63,665 nt of DNA, filler included, from Rhabdomonas costata (GCA_019059605.1; 39 parts of 39 records of this genome joined end to end with filler, not necessarily neighbours in it); one strand, 5' to 3'; positions 1 through 13,596 are shown, counted from the whole stretch's first letter. The notes: a model not told the origin generated them from the letters alone. Program-made: numbers and translations.

Positions 1-401
1 TTGTGTGGGGATGGAACGATCAAGCTGATGAGCGGATTCAGCTACTGTCCAAAGAAAATTGTGGACATGCTGTTGTGGTCAAGGCCATTGTTAGCCAACC
101 ACCGCCCCCTACCCTCCTCCCAAGATTTCCGATATGCACAGACAACTACGGTATTTCTTTTGCGGCGTCCAGTGCATTTTGGGGGGGAGGGTGTTGAACG
201 GTTCAACAACGTCAAAACGGTGAGGTACAATTAAGCTGATATGCTCAGCCGCCCGAAAACCCCTTCATGTGTCGCTTTTGTTGCGAATGACCACGAAAAC
301 TCCCCCACTCCACCCAGACGACGTCCCCACCTCAGCCGCTCGCTCCAGCCGCTGCGGCGCTCACTTTTGCAACCAAAATATCTCTGCTCTTTTGATGTGC
401 A

Positions 402-441
402 ATCTCCTGGGAACCGTTCATCGCCCTTCGAGGGCAAAGTC
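402..441 (+). repeat. Dispersed repeat, second copy inverted at 4275-4314
   Basis: atctcctgggaaccgttcatcgcccttcgagggcaaagtc matches the reverse complement of 4275-4314 with a few mismatches. Confidence 0.8.
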
Positions 442-746
442 CTCCGCTCAAACAAAGGTACCGCAAAACAAAATTCCACCAACGGTGGTGATCATGTCAC
501 GAAAGGGGTTAGAGGACGACCCAGGTCCAGCATGTCTCGTGCGAAGGGCAGAGGCCCAAAGATCCTGGGCACTTTCTTCCTTTCTGCTTTGATATTAACA
601 TTGCAATTTACAGAACCACCGTCTGGTCGAACGGTTGACAGGCGTTCCACTCCTCCAAGAAGGAGCTGCTTCCCACAAGGGCTATCGGTGTCGGGTGAAC
701 AGAGAATGTGGATGGATGGATGGATGGACGGGTTGTGGGAGGGTGC

Positions 747-917
747 CTTAAGCTTGGCCTTCAGAGACTCCAGCTCATCGGCCTCCTGCTGCAGGGCAAG
801 CCTCTGGCTCAGCCGAGCGCTCTCCCCACTGGGGAGAGGGGCCAGGCGACCAGAGGGGCTCAGTGATTGCATGGGAAGGGCTGCAGTCGCCCCCTGACCG
901 GCCCAGGGGTACATATG
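747..917 (-). CDS. Putative internal exon, coiled-coil protein (RLSQRLALQQEADELESLKAKLK), probable GC donor
   Basis: cacag acceptor, GC-rich codons, ends AAG|gcaccc before a low-complexity (ccat)n intron. Confidence 0.4.
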
Positions 918-1529
918 CTGTGAGGAAAGGAGAGCCTAGCTCTTAGTCCAATTGCCCTGCCAGCCTGGTGGGTTTCCCCCCTTGGCCTACCGCCCTCTTC
1001 CCCCGAGCATATCATTGACGTCCTGCGTGATCAAGGAAACCACAGAGACCGGTGGTTCAACACACACAATCATCTGGAAAACATGATTATGTCCCCCAAC
1101 ACTAATCCAAACCAGGCGGCCAGAGAAGTCTTAAAACTGAGCGAGCATTCAGAAGGTAGTGTGAAGTGGCTCCGCCATGTATCGCCAAGGACACGTTTAA
1201 TTCTCCCACCCAGGAAATGATCCATAATCGTCGCTTATCAACATTTCCAATAGCTGGTGACTTCACAGGGAAGGGAATCCTGGTTTTGGGGGCATTCATA
1301 CAGTCCGAACATGACCCTTGGTGTCACCAAAGCATTTCCAAACCCCACTTTAAATTGACACATCCGGGAGGACTACTTTCCTCCAAAAGACTTGTCTTAG
1401 GTTGAAAAGTGTTCGCATTTTGTTGTGTACAAACATGCATCAAAAAGTCGGTGAAATCCCGGTGTCCACCACGAAATATCGCCAGAATATGCTTGGCTTT
1501 GGTTTTCCAAAGGAGAGTAGGCAGGTTTT

Positions 1530-1629
1530 NNNNNNNNNNNNNNNNNNNNNNNNNNNNNNNNNNNNNNNNNNNNTTAATTAATTAANNNNNNNNNNNNNNN
1601 NNNNNNNNNNNNNNNNNNNNNNNNNNNNN
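1530..1629. other. Artificial contig linker (N-run + TTAATTAATTAA + N-run); first of 38 such spacers about every 1.63 kb
   Basis: Identical 100-nt spacer with stops in all six frames recurs through the window; ORFs ending in X/LIN are artefacts of it. Confidence 0.99.
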
Positions 1630-1640
1630 TGTGGGTGGGT

Positions 1641-1779
1641 GAGGGTGTCAGAAATTCAACAGCGTTTATTAAACAGGCGACGGTTTGTTCTCAAAATTTA
1701 TCGCCCCCTCCCATCCAGCTGCACTTAGAGAACAAACCGTCGCCTGTTTAATAAACGCTGTTGAATTTCTGACACCCTC
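1641..1779. repeat. 52-bp perfect inverted repeat at contig start (likely amplification fold-back)
   Basis: 1641-1692 is the reverse complement of 1728-1779. Confidence 0.9.
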
Positions 1780-1894
1780 ACGAAGCCCACCAAAAGACGA
1801 CAGTTCCAGCAACAGCAAGCCTGAGCATTACAGCGTCACCAAACGTCTCTGTCTCATAGCTTGTATTGTGCTCAGAGTGGGCTGCTGCGAATGG

Positions 1895-1972
1895 CACCTC
1901 TGTTTTTCCAGCACCTGGTTACTTCAAAGACACCACCTCTGTTTTTCCAGCACCTGGTTACTTCAAAGACAC
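1895..1972 (+). repeat. 39-bp tandem duplication
   Basis: cacctctgtttttccagcacctggttacttcaaagacac x2. Confidence 0.95.
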
Positions 1973-2146
1973 GCTGCCGTGAGAGCTGCCCGGTCGATGG
2001 TTGAAAGGTGAAACCCACACTCAAGTCTGGTCTGGCGAGCTGACGTTTTGATTGAAGGAAACCAGTGTAAAGGTTCGGTGGCAGGTATCAGGTAGAATCA
2101 AGAAAAAGCCCGAGGAAAGAGAGCTGGCGACAAAAGACAGCAGAAC

Positions 2147-2269
2147 CTTGGTGGTGTCATTGGTCAACGTAGACTGAAACTGATGGCACAGCTCCGTGTC
2201 CTGTTCCAGGAGCCGCTTGAGCTCGCCTTGCTTCTCAGAGCTCAGCGCCAAACCTCCGCGGCGAAAGTC
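2147..2269 (-). CDS. Exon of M3A metallopeptidase (thimet oligopeptidase/neurolysin-like)
   Basis: DFRRGGLALSSEKQGELKRLLEQDTELCHQFQSTLTNDTTK resembles the M3A DFRRNGL.L...F..NL.EDTT segment; AG/GT borders, 123 nt. Confidence 0.75.
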
Positions 2270-2555
2270 CTGTCAGACCCCGCTCAGGAGATTCAGGGAG
2301 AAAGACACCCCAGTTCACTTATACTGACAAAAACAACATCTTGCCTTTCAACGGTGGCGCGATTACAAGGGACCGAACGGACCGAAAACATTCAGCAGCC
2401 ACAAAACGGTTGCTCTGTGATCGCAGTGTGTGTCCCCATTCAGCTGCCCCGAATGATGCTGGGAGTCAAATCTTAAACACGGAAATGCTCGCACGGAGGA
2501 TCCTACAGCACCAAAGCACCGTTCAGCCTTTGCCGTTACTTTCCCTTAGTTGACA

Positions 2556-2740
2556 CAGGGTTGTACAAACCTCAAAGTTCAATGAGTGGACAATTCAATG
2601 TCACCCAATTTAAAGTTCAACGTGTTTCCCTTAGGGCGAACAGAAAATCCTGGTTCAATACAATGTCACCCTCAAATCTTAAAGTTCAACGTGAGACACT
2701 CATAGTTCATTACATAAAGTTTACATCAATTCAAGTTTGT
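2556..2740. repeat. Cluster of AAAGTTCAA motifs; same motif (TTGAACTTT) clustered at 26681-26842; probable DNA-transposon subterminal repeats
   Basis: Multiple motif copies in two different contigs. Confidence 0.5.
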
Positions 2741-3267
2741 TCATTCTGTGTGGACCCCCACTGTCGAGACAAAATTTGAAAGAAAAAACAACAGAAAATC
2801 AATCATGCAGACCGGTTAGGGGTGAAACGACCGGCGGCAGTGGGTCCCTCTCTGCAAAGGCTGTCTGACTTCCGCAGCAGCCGCAAGCATTGTACAGCGG
2901 AAGCGTGATTTAGAATTTACAAGCAAAGCCCCAAGAAAAAATGAAATCAATGGAACCCTTTCTTCAAATTTTTTATTTTAAACCCGCCGAAAAAGAACCC
3001 CCCCTGCCCCTGGAACACCTGCATCACACTGTTGAGAAAATGGCTCTGGTAAGGCGTCAGAGAAGCTGCGGGGGTGGCGCTGTGAACGGCCTGAACCGCT
3101 TGGAAAACATCACCGCGCATTCGGAACGCCGCCCGAGCTTGCGCCAGCTTCGTGCCTGCGGCCTGNNNNNNNNNNNNNNNNNNNNNNNNNNNNNNNNNNN
3201 NNNNNNNNNTTAATTAATTAANNNNNNNNNNNNNNNNNNNNNNNNNNNNNNNNNNNNNNNNNNNNGT

Positions 3268-3710
3268 TTGTTGTTGCATCTGCTTGTGTGCCTGGCCGTC
3301 TCCGTCTCATACCTCCTCCCTCGCAATGGGACCGGCGCCATGCTGGGAGCCGCCTCAGTGGGTTTTGTGCTGTGTGCCGGGGATGCCGCAGGGCTGGGAC
3401 TCTCCTTTCTTTATTGGAGGAGGGCTGGGGGGTGGGAGTGGCAGATGCCCCTGCTGGGCCGTGCGTGGGCCCTGGCCACGGCGTTGGGCTGGCCACTAGC
3501 GCTGGTCTGGCTGGACAGCGGGGTTGCGGTGTTTCATGTTGGCGGAGTGGCGGTGTGGGGGGCCCTCGGGGTTGAGCTGGCCGGCACTGGGGAATGCTCC
3601 AAGTGCATTAGCTCGCAGGGGTTGGCGCCGCAGCTTGCTGGGCTTGGGGTGTTCAGTTTGGCCTTCGTGGTGGCGGCTGCGCTGACGACTGCCCCCATGG
3701 AAATGGAAAG
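3268..3710 (+). CDS. Exon of multi-pass membrane protein, unknown family
   Basis: Open GC-rich frame with several hydrophobic segments; candidate donor AAAG|gtttga. Confidence 0.5.
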
Positions 3711-4528
3711 GTTTGAGAGAACACGCACTTGGTCTCTTGCGCATTATTATCCCGGTTGCTAATGTTGTGACCTGATGGCTATGTGCTGGCGTGATTTGTT
3801 AAGGGCAAAGAGTTCTCTGACTGCATCTTTCCTTGTTCCTTTTCCTCTGCATCAAATTTCAAACACTATTACCGCCTTAGCTTCTCTGCAATTTTGCTCT
3901 CCTTCCTCTCTTGATTAATATCTCTGACTTATCTTCTCTGAAACTCGGCTTCTGTCTTTGTCCATTGATCAAAGCTGCCCGCCCGCGGGCCATCTTTGTT
4001 TCCCGGAGCCGGTGCTTCTCTGTTTTCGGGTTCCGTCTGTTTGGTGACACATACACGCTATCCAGGGTTGGATAGAGACACCACCTAGGCTGGATAGTGA
4101 TCACAGATAAAAGGAAACCCACGAATTTTCTACCATTCCCTTCCCTGTTTTACGGGAATGGTTATGTGGTTATTTTTTCCGTCCACTTCTTCCCTGTTTT
4201 TTCCCCTCCAGTGCGTTTCAATGGAAGACTTTGGTCAGACTTTGAAGTTGTTAGAGGACGAAGCGGATTTCCGTGACTTTGGCCGAGAAGGGCAATGAAC
4301 GGTTCCCAGGAGATAGCAGTACAAAAGGGACTGAATTATTGTGGGCGCGCTGGGAGCGAACAAGACAAACAAAACCCGCCACTTCTATCTCAACGGTGGA
4401 GGGCGTGCATCCTTGGAGTGGGAAACGGTGAGAAATCATCTCCGCGAAAAAAGCAAATGAGCGTCCGTGAACGAACGCACAAACACCACTGCAAGTTTTC
4501 GGCCACACCCACCCCACCCCACACCAAC

Positions 4529-4689
4529 CTGCTCCAAAGAGAACTCTTGCCGGAACTGGGAGTACGGGTTGTGCACAGAATGCCGGTGGTTCTTCCAACC
4601 GACCTTCGCGAAATGAGTCTTGGTCGAGCCGTGCCGGCGCATGTGCTCACGCGCGGCGTGGCCGAACTGCTGAGGCATCGCTGGCACGG
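4529..4689 (-). CDS. Exon of SCP2-type (SCPx) thiolase
   Basis: [49 protein letters not shown] matches SCPx PQMFG.AG.EHM.KYG....HFAKIGWKNH.HSVNNPYSQF; tag acceptor, gt donor. Confidence 0.9.
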
Positions 4690-7600
4690 CTAAGTCAAAC
4701 CCAACCTTGGGATTTGAAAGATGGTAGGCCAGAACAGCACGGGTCGTGGCATTAAGCCTTCCTTTGGGCAGTGATCACATTCAAAGCGGGAAACAAACAA
4801 ANNNNNNNNNNNNNNNNNNNNNNNNNNNNNNNNNNNNNNNNNNNNTTAATTAATTAANNNNNNNNNNNNNNNNNNNNNNNNNNNNNNNNNNNNNNNNNNN
4901 NATATTTCAACTCTCTATTGACATGAAGCTACCCATTTATGTAAACTGCATTTACCATGGTACAGTGATTGTCTGTTTACCATCTGTGATTCAAAACCCG
5001 CGCCGACTCCATTGGCAAACTGACTGTCCACGCCAGCTTTTTACCTCTCATGTTGTATTCATCCAACGACACAAACGTCTTGAATGTCATCGTATCTCGG
5101 GATACTATTATGATTTTCCTACCTATATCTCTCGTCGTGCACTTCTTGTGCAGATAGATTAGTGTTTTAGCTGTGTAAAATGTATTATTATTGTTATTAC
5201 AAGTGACGTCTTGGTCATGAAATTCATTTTGTCAACAACATCACTCGAATACTACTCGGTATTTCCAATGACTGTGTATTTGCGGAAATGTTTAACCATG
5301 TATCTCTACTAAATTAACTTTCGTTTATCATCAAACTAGCTCACATCTGCTCCTCCATTGGAAAAACTTTATCATCAGATTTGCCAATCCGTGGTGTATG
5401 AATCCTAAACGGAAAAAATCTTGTTTTGGTTTCAATACACCATTTTAACTTTAGACGCGGGTGCACGCGTGGAATAGTGGAATGACCACCATGTATTTAA
5501 TGCTCCTACATATCTCCATTTATCATATGTTCTTCTGGGTCATATTTTTAATGGTCTTGGAGTACTGGTAGTACTGTGACACTAAAGCTTTTAGATCTAT
5601 TACTTTATCGTATTTGTTCACATGTCATTTTTTCCTGATCAAGACCTTTAGCTGAATCTTTAGCTGATTTGACTGTTTCTTTACACTCTTTATCTCATCA
5701 TCACCACTATCTTCTTGTGTTTATATCTGTATTTGTCAATTGTTGTACCCACTCAAAAATATACTGTACACGCGATGCACTCTCTACCAACGTTTTATTA
5801 GTGACCACACTGGATGCAAAAACACGTTCATGTTGCTGTGGATTCGTAATAAGCAGGACCACATATGACCGGCCACAGAACAATAACAGATTTGTTGCAG
5901 GGAGTTAGGAAGCCATGCACGTGCATGTCGTAACCGATAGTTACGGGGTCCACCTCGCAACTTATCTACGGTTAGGGAGTGTTCTCCTGCTCTTTTTCAT
6001 TCATGTTCCCTGCTGCGTTGCATCCGTGATGGCTAATTCCAATGACTCTTGGAGAGTTTCGTGATCGTCCTTATGGACGGTCATTTGGAGTTATGTCTTG
6101 TATTTATCTTGATCAGCAAAATGGTGCGGCATGTTTCTCTTTCCTTTGTTCTTGTTAACGCACGTTACATCAATGGAAATCTTTTATTTAACAGCTGCGT
6201 TTTACTTGGATCCAAGACTCCATATATCACATCCATTTGTGCGGGTGCAGAATCCGGTTGTAACTGATGTTGACTGTATTTTTACGGCTTCACACGCCAA
6301 AGCACTGGGATCCACTTGCAACAGTGAGTGATTTGAACCATAAGACCATTCAAAGTACTTGCTTGTGTATGTGGTATATGCCATTGTTTCATCTGAATGT
6401 GACATATGTAAATTTGTCTTCAACATAACCACACAACANNNNNNNNNNNNNNNNNNNNNNNNNNNNNNNNNNNNNNNNNNNNTTAATTAATTAANNNNNN
6501 NNNNNNNNNNNNNNNNNNNNNNNNNNNNNNNNNNNNNNTGATGGAAGGTGTAGGGTTGGTTGATGCGTAGGAGGAAGGGTGGTGGAAGCATGCGTAAGGA
6601 ATCGCGTTCTGGGGTAGGGTTACGCATTCTGTCGTAGGGTTACGCGTAGCCTCACTCTGCCTCACTTCACTACATCCCTTCACCTTCACCTTCATCCCTT
6701 CACCTCTCTCACTGTCAACCACACTCTCACTCTTCCTCTCACGTGCCATGGTCGCTCCACCACCATAAGGATGGTTACGCTCCATCTTTCTCACGCAGGA
6801 TGGGAAGGTGGTTGTTGAGTTGGGTGGGTCGGTATCGGTATCGGCGACCACCATTACGCAGGGTTTGACTCAACCAGGATGTCTTACGCCTACGTCACCC
6901 TTTCCACTCTGACCTGGTGGTTCCTACGCGAGGATGGCTCAACGATGGGTAGGGCATGTGGCGTATGTACACGTTGCTAACACCGTACCTCCTACTTCCC
7001 TTCTGTGGAGTGGGGTGGTGGCATTGTGGCATCGACATTCCTCCTGCATCATGGCATCTCGTACCGTAGTAGGTTGTCAGGATCTTACTGCACGTAGGTT
7101 CTCTTTACCCCTCGGTTGGGATTCCGTACTCACCAGTGGTGGCCTGTTACCCAACGCTTGGATGCTTTTGGTGTGGGGCTGATGATCGCATACCCATATA
7201 CTACGGTTCGGTTACAACCTCAGCTCTACCCCACGTATGGAAACGTTACACCGACCAACCTTGAGTATACTTGGTGAAGGCTACGCATACGCATACTCGA
7301 CGGTTCTACCGGTCTGCTGGCCATGTCAACGTACCACTCCTCAGGTGAAGTGCTGCCATCTGTGATAGCTCGCTACTTCTACCACAGTCGGATTGCTGGG
7401 TACTGACAAATCCCCAACCCACTACGCGAGATACTAGTGTAGCCAGCGTAAGTGTTACCCTCACGCAATGAACGAGCAATAGAGGTCACGGGTGCATAGC
7501 CCTACGGAGGGGTTGCTGAAGTGACTCGCCTCTATCCGCATGAGACTCAGCACACTGCTTGATGCTCCATACGTATCCTTCGGGGGAATGGATGCTTGAA

Positions 7601-8568
7601 TGGGGTACGAGCTGTTGGGATAGCGTCCGAAGAGTTGGAGCTCATCGGTTCAGTGACAGGAAAGGAGGAAGAAAGAAAGAGGGGGACCGGCAAAAGAAAA
7701 GAGAATGTCCAGGAACGTGATGAGAAGGAAGGGACATCGGGGAACGTCAGTTAGTTGAAATAACCTGAGAAAGTCCACAAACCACACTCTCTTTCCTTTG
7801 ACTTGAAGGGCATATTTGACAACACACCATGCACTCGGCTACATTCAGAATTGTAAAAATTATCTGTAATGTCTTTGCGTGCAAGGATTTCGTGTTCTCC
7901 TGTTGGTTGAGCCTCTTTTGTCCGAGAGAAACCAACTGCTCCCTTCTACTCTTCTACAAGAAAAGAAAGATGTGGATACACCACAACTTCCGTTGTGGGA
8001 TGAATACACACTCAATTGTTTATCTCAGGTCAAGGTCAATTCCCAATCCCACAAACCCCAAACTCTCCCAACACANNNNNNNNNNNNNNNNNNNNNNNNN
8101 NNNNNNNNNNNNNNNNNNNTTAATTAATTAANNNNNNNNNNNNNNNNNNNNNNNNNNNNNNNNNNNNNNNNNNNNGGTGTGGGTGGGGGGGTGTGGAAGA
8201 TACTTCGCTTGGGTGTTTAGTTTTGGAGTCGAGCATATTGTAATGGTTAGGTTTCTTCCGGGAAATCGTGTCTGTGACTTCTTAGGGAGGTTGTGGCAAA
8301 ATCACTTTCCTTTTTCTCGGTTTTGGTGTGAGGAATTAGGCCAAGGAACCTCCAGCGGCCCTGACCACAACTGCTTGAGGTTAAAATTGTCACCATGTGC
8401 TCGTCGCGCACTATTTACTATATCCCCGTCTCCGTCTCTTTTCAATTTTTCGCAGGTACGCGGGGGAGGGGGAGGGGGGCTAGTTTTTACCAGTTTACCT
8501 GCAGCTTGATTCTTTTTCAATCGTATCGAACAGTTTCGATGTGTGTGGGGGGGCATCGTTTCTCCCAG

Positions 8569-9614
<1,046 letters not shown>

Positions 9615-9924
9615 TAGTGCCTCAGAATTTTCCACCGCAGGGACCGCGGGGAATGGTGAAGTTGACAACAGAAGCTCTTGCGCTGTTATGCAATATTTTG
9701 TAAACACCCCCNNNNNNNNNNNNNNNNNNNNNNNNNNNNNNNNNNNNNNNNNNNNTTAATTAATTAANNNNNNNNNNNNNNNNNNNNNNNNNNNNNNNNN
9801 NNNNNNNNNNNTGCGAATCACCTCTCTGCAGCTGGGTGGGGGTTCTTGGGAAACACTCAATGGCGCATTAAACTGCGGTTCTAGGGAGCTCCAACCCTGG
9901 GCTCGCCCTGTCTGGCCATACCTC

Positions 9925-10015
9925 ATGCCATCTTCTTCTGACGACGGAGAGTCCCAGTCGTGGCGCTGTGCCCGGTGAAGAGCACGGGACTTTGGGACCT
10001 TTTTGGATCCTTATC
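9925..10015. repeat. Diverged repeat or paralogous fragment shared with ~63268-63365
   Basis: Shared tcttctgac.acgg.gagtcccagtcgtggcgc...gactt.gggacctt...ggat.ctta. Confidence 0.75.
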
Positions 10016-13000
10016 CGCTGCTCTCTATGACCTTCGCAGATCTCGTCAGGCTTGTTGTTAACAAATTTTGGCAAAGACGAGGAAAGAGCATCGAGGCCCG
10101 ACACGGCATCCACACCTGTGGTCAATGCAAGCACTGTTCTGATGGCATCGAGGCGGCCATGAAGAGCCTTCCACAGCACTGCACTCACGCACTGCGCCAC
10201 GAATAGGTCCACGGTCAGGCTCAGACCAGCACACAGAAGCCACCTACGTACAGAACCACACACACACACACACACACGCACACCTACACCAGAATGCCCT
10301 CCTCCCCAAAAAGAACGAAATAAACTCGAGCGGTTTCACGGCTTTCTTTCTCTTTGAAAACAGTCAGTGAGGCGCCATCGAACGATGTGTTGTTGGTTCC
10401 ATCCATCTGCATTCCACAGTTTCCTTCAGTCGGTGCATCACTATATCACAGGTGAGAGAAAAACTGACATGCCCCAAGATGTGTCTTGTGCGCGGGAATG
10501 TGCCCTTGTGATCCGGTGAAGTCGAGCTTTCACTGGCCCGAATATTCAAGACCAGTGATACTGATACGAGCACAAAACAGCCACATGAGATTGTTTTGAG
10601 GAAATTGGGGAAAAATTGAGAATATTATCCTGTATCTTGAAACAAAGACAAAGTGGAGGCGCAGTCCAATAGCGGAAACCAGGTGGGTTGTGCTGAAGCA
10701 TCTGCCTCTGTCAACGTGCTGGTGGGTCAAGTCCTGGCATTATTTGCCTTGACCTTATCTCCTTTACCCGAATATGCAGTCGCAGTAGGGACATGGCCAT
10801 AGCGTCGGTGTACCGTTCGGTGGAAAACCGGCGTGCCTGAAGCCGTGGCGGCAGAACTATGCATATATATGTACGTACACACCGATGTAGCATCTCCGGG
10901 GACGTGGCAGGCCGCAGGGCAACCCAGAGCAGGGCCAGGCAGGCGCCCATCCACACCCAGTGCACACCGTACCCCACCATACATAATGCCCACGGCATAG
11001 CCCTCCGAAGTACCGCAGCCCGGAAGGCCCCATTTCCCTGTGTGCACGCGGTTAATCATCACCGGCGCGTATGAGGGCGGCCTTTGCGCCTTTCCAGAGG
11101 GGGTGGGGTGCGAAGCAGCCCTTCTCAACCGAAGCCTCGAAGCAGAGGACAACTCAGTGCCCATCCGGTGGATAAACCAAAGAAGAAAAATCATCCAACC
11201 CCCCATCCCCGGAAAAGTCCCTGGAATGCCACAGTCTGGCCAAGACAACCAAAACAAGGAAGGAAGGCAACGATAAGGTACACCTCCGGTGGCTGAGCAG
11301 GGGGGCCAGGCTCTGCCCGACCCCGGCCTGACACCCACACAACACAANNNNNNNNNNNNNNNNNNNNNNNNNNNNNNNNNNNNNNNNNNNNTTAATTAAT
11401 TAANNNNNNNNNNNNNNNNNNNNNNNNNNNNNNNNNNNNNNNNNNNNTTGTTTTTGGCCTTCGGGTGTTAATGTGGGGTTTTGAATTTCGTGTGGGTTTT
11501 AAGGTTTTGGTTTTTGGTGTTCGGTTTTCTGATTTGGGGTTCTGATTCTGGTTCTGTATTTCGGTATTTGGGTGTTGGTATTCGTATTGGTATTCGTGTC
11601 TGCGCGTTGCGGATGTGAAGGGTTCGGAGTTTGGATCCGATGTTCGGGGTTGGAGGTTTGGCTTTCGCGTTCGGTCTTCGTGTCTTTAGTGCTTGTCTTG
11701 TGCTTTCGGTCTTTGCTTTAGGGGTTCCTCTTCGGAGGTTGGTTCCGGGTTCGCGGATTTCCTTCGGGATTTCCATTCTGGAGTTGGTCCAATGCTCACG
11801 GCCGAGGCTGCCACGCTACCGTAAAAGCCGGGGGAACGCAAGGGATTTGAGATACTAAGGATTTTGTCCTTGACCCAAAATTGGTTTATGTGTCGCGAAA
11901 AGTGACCAGGGTTAAGTCTGTTCGACTTGCAAAATGGCACGTGCGTTGGGTTGACATCCTCAAGAGAGAGAGAGAGGTGAGATATCAGCCACCCCATGTT
12001 TGTATACTCTTGCTTACCCATTCTCGCTTGAGTTGTGTGGTCTCGATGGTGGTCGGTGGTTCTGTTGCGTTGGTGAGTCGGCGAAGCGGGTTCGTGTCTC
12101 GGGTTCGGGTGTCGTGGTGATGGTATCGTTGGTTGTGTATCTGGTAGTGTATCGTGATGTGCTGGTTCTGTATCCTTTTCTGTCTTCGGGTTTGTGCTGG
12201 AGGGTTCGTGTGTTGAAGGGTTCTGTGCGTGCGTAGTGCTTCGTCAGTGCTTACCCATCTCTCTCGTTGTGTGGCCTTCCCAGGGATCCAGGCTTTCTTT
12301 CGTTGGTACAGTGTCTTCGTCGAGCTACGACCTAGGTAACGACACCAACACGAGTACACACAACAAGCTGAGATCACACGTAGGAAACAAGGAAACTTCG
12401 TGGAAGGCCGCTGGTAACAGTTCAGCTAAGGCTATGCATGAACGCCACATGTTGGTCAAGTGCAAGTGCAGGTGCTGAGATGAGGCTGAGTTGGCATAGG
12501 GCGAGTCATGCGCGTAACTCACAGGTTGTCACACGTTCATGACCCCATGTATCCAGAGACACAACACCGTAGCGTACATGCCATGGTAGGAACGTAGGGG
12601 CATAGTTACCCTCTTACTAATACTATGTGTGTGTTAGAAACAGGTGTTGGGATAGGCGTAATGTGAACGTCACCATGTTTATGCTGCCGATGCACAGTGT
12701 GGTACGTCATTGTTGTTGGATCCTGTTCCTATCCCTTCACTCAGTGGTGGAGGTGGTGGTTGGCATGTCCTACGGTAGCACCTCATGTAGAAGAATTGTT
12801 AGCCTACCGTTGGATGTGCTGTACTCGGTGGTGGTGTCAGGCGGTGGTGGCGTTACTCCTACCCACTCACCTAACCGTAGTGGTACCGTTACGTATTCCT
12901 TGTATATATATATACACAAGGAACCTATATAGGTATAACCTATATATATAGGTTATATATATACCTACCTATCCCCAACCAACNNNNNNNNNNNNNNNNN

Positions 13001-13089
13001 NNNNNNNNNNNNNNNNNNNNNNNNNNNTTAATTAATTAANNNNNNNNNNNNNNNNNNNNNNNNNNNNNNNNNNNNNNNNNNNNGGGGTG

Positions 13090-13306
13090 GTGTCGCCTTA
13101 AAAGATATAATACCAACATTCAACTCTTTGCTGTCCGGTCCCACACTTCACTTTGTCCCAGTAGAGGGAAGCGTCAGAATCTACTGCAGCAGGGCTATTT
13201 ATTTACGTATCATTGACCCTCCTCTACCCTCTACTGGGACATAGTGAAGTGTGGGACCGGACAGCAAAGAGTTGAATGTTGGTATTATATCTTTTAAGGT
13301 GACACC
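13090..13306. repeat. ~80-bp near-perfect inverted repeat at contig start
   Basis: ~13090-13168 versus ~13228-13306, 2 mismatches. Confidence 0.9.
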
Positions 13307-13596
13307 ATCGAAGCCGAAACCGGTTGGACTCGTTAGCGCTTTCTTCAAAACACCCCGGTTTCGATCCCGACCAGATAACCATAATGTTAGTTTCGTTTTT
13401 CAAATGAATTTTTTTACATTCAGCATCTCTTCGGGCCTTTGTTTTTTAAATAATCATTTTGCACCCTATCTTCTTCTTTGACTTTGGGAGTTGTGGCTGT
13501 TTGTTTGCGTTTTGTGTATGTTTGTGCGAGAAACAAAAAAAAAAGAAACACACACATACACACACGTGAAGAAGAACGATAATGGAAAGAAAAGCT

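Noticed and set aside
241-897. Many 60-290 aa ORFs in the track (e.g. 241-897, 24862-25722, 41405-42067)
   Set aside because: Antisense or alternate-frame shadows of GC-rich exons, or intron read-through with microsatellite-derived peptides
1574-1585. Regularly spaced TTAATTAATTAA as a CRISPR-like or biological repeat
   Set aside because: Embedded in N-runs; a synthetic six-frame-stop contig linker
1641-1779. Long hairpins (also 13090, 27800, 45225, 47425) as miRNA precursors or transposon TIRs
   Set aside because: All abut contig ends and are near-perfect, as expected for amplification fold-back chimeras
6879-6980. RACGVCTRC as a nad8/ferredoxin module
   Set aside because: Does not fit the full CxxCxxCxxxCP pattern and has no supporting context
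11646-11657. GGGGTTGGAGGT as kinetoplast minicircle CSB-3 (GGGGTTGGTGTA)
   Set aside because: Only a partial match inside a G/T-rich tract; CSB-1 and CSB-2 not found
13340-13372. tRNA-like T-loop (ggtttcgatcc)
   Set aside because: No cloverleaf or acceptor stem could be built
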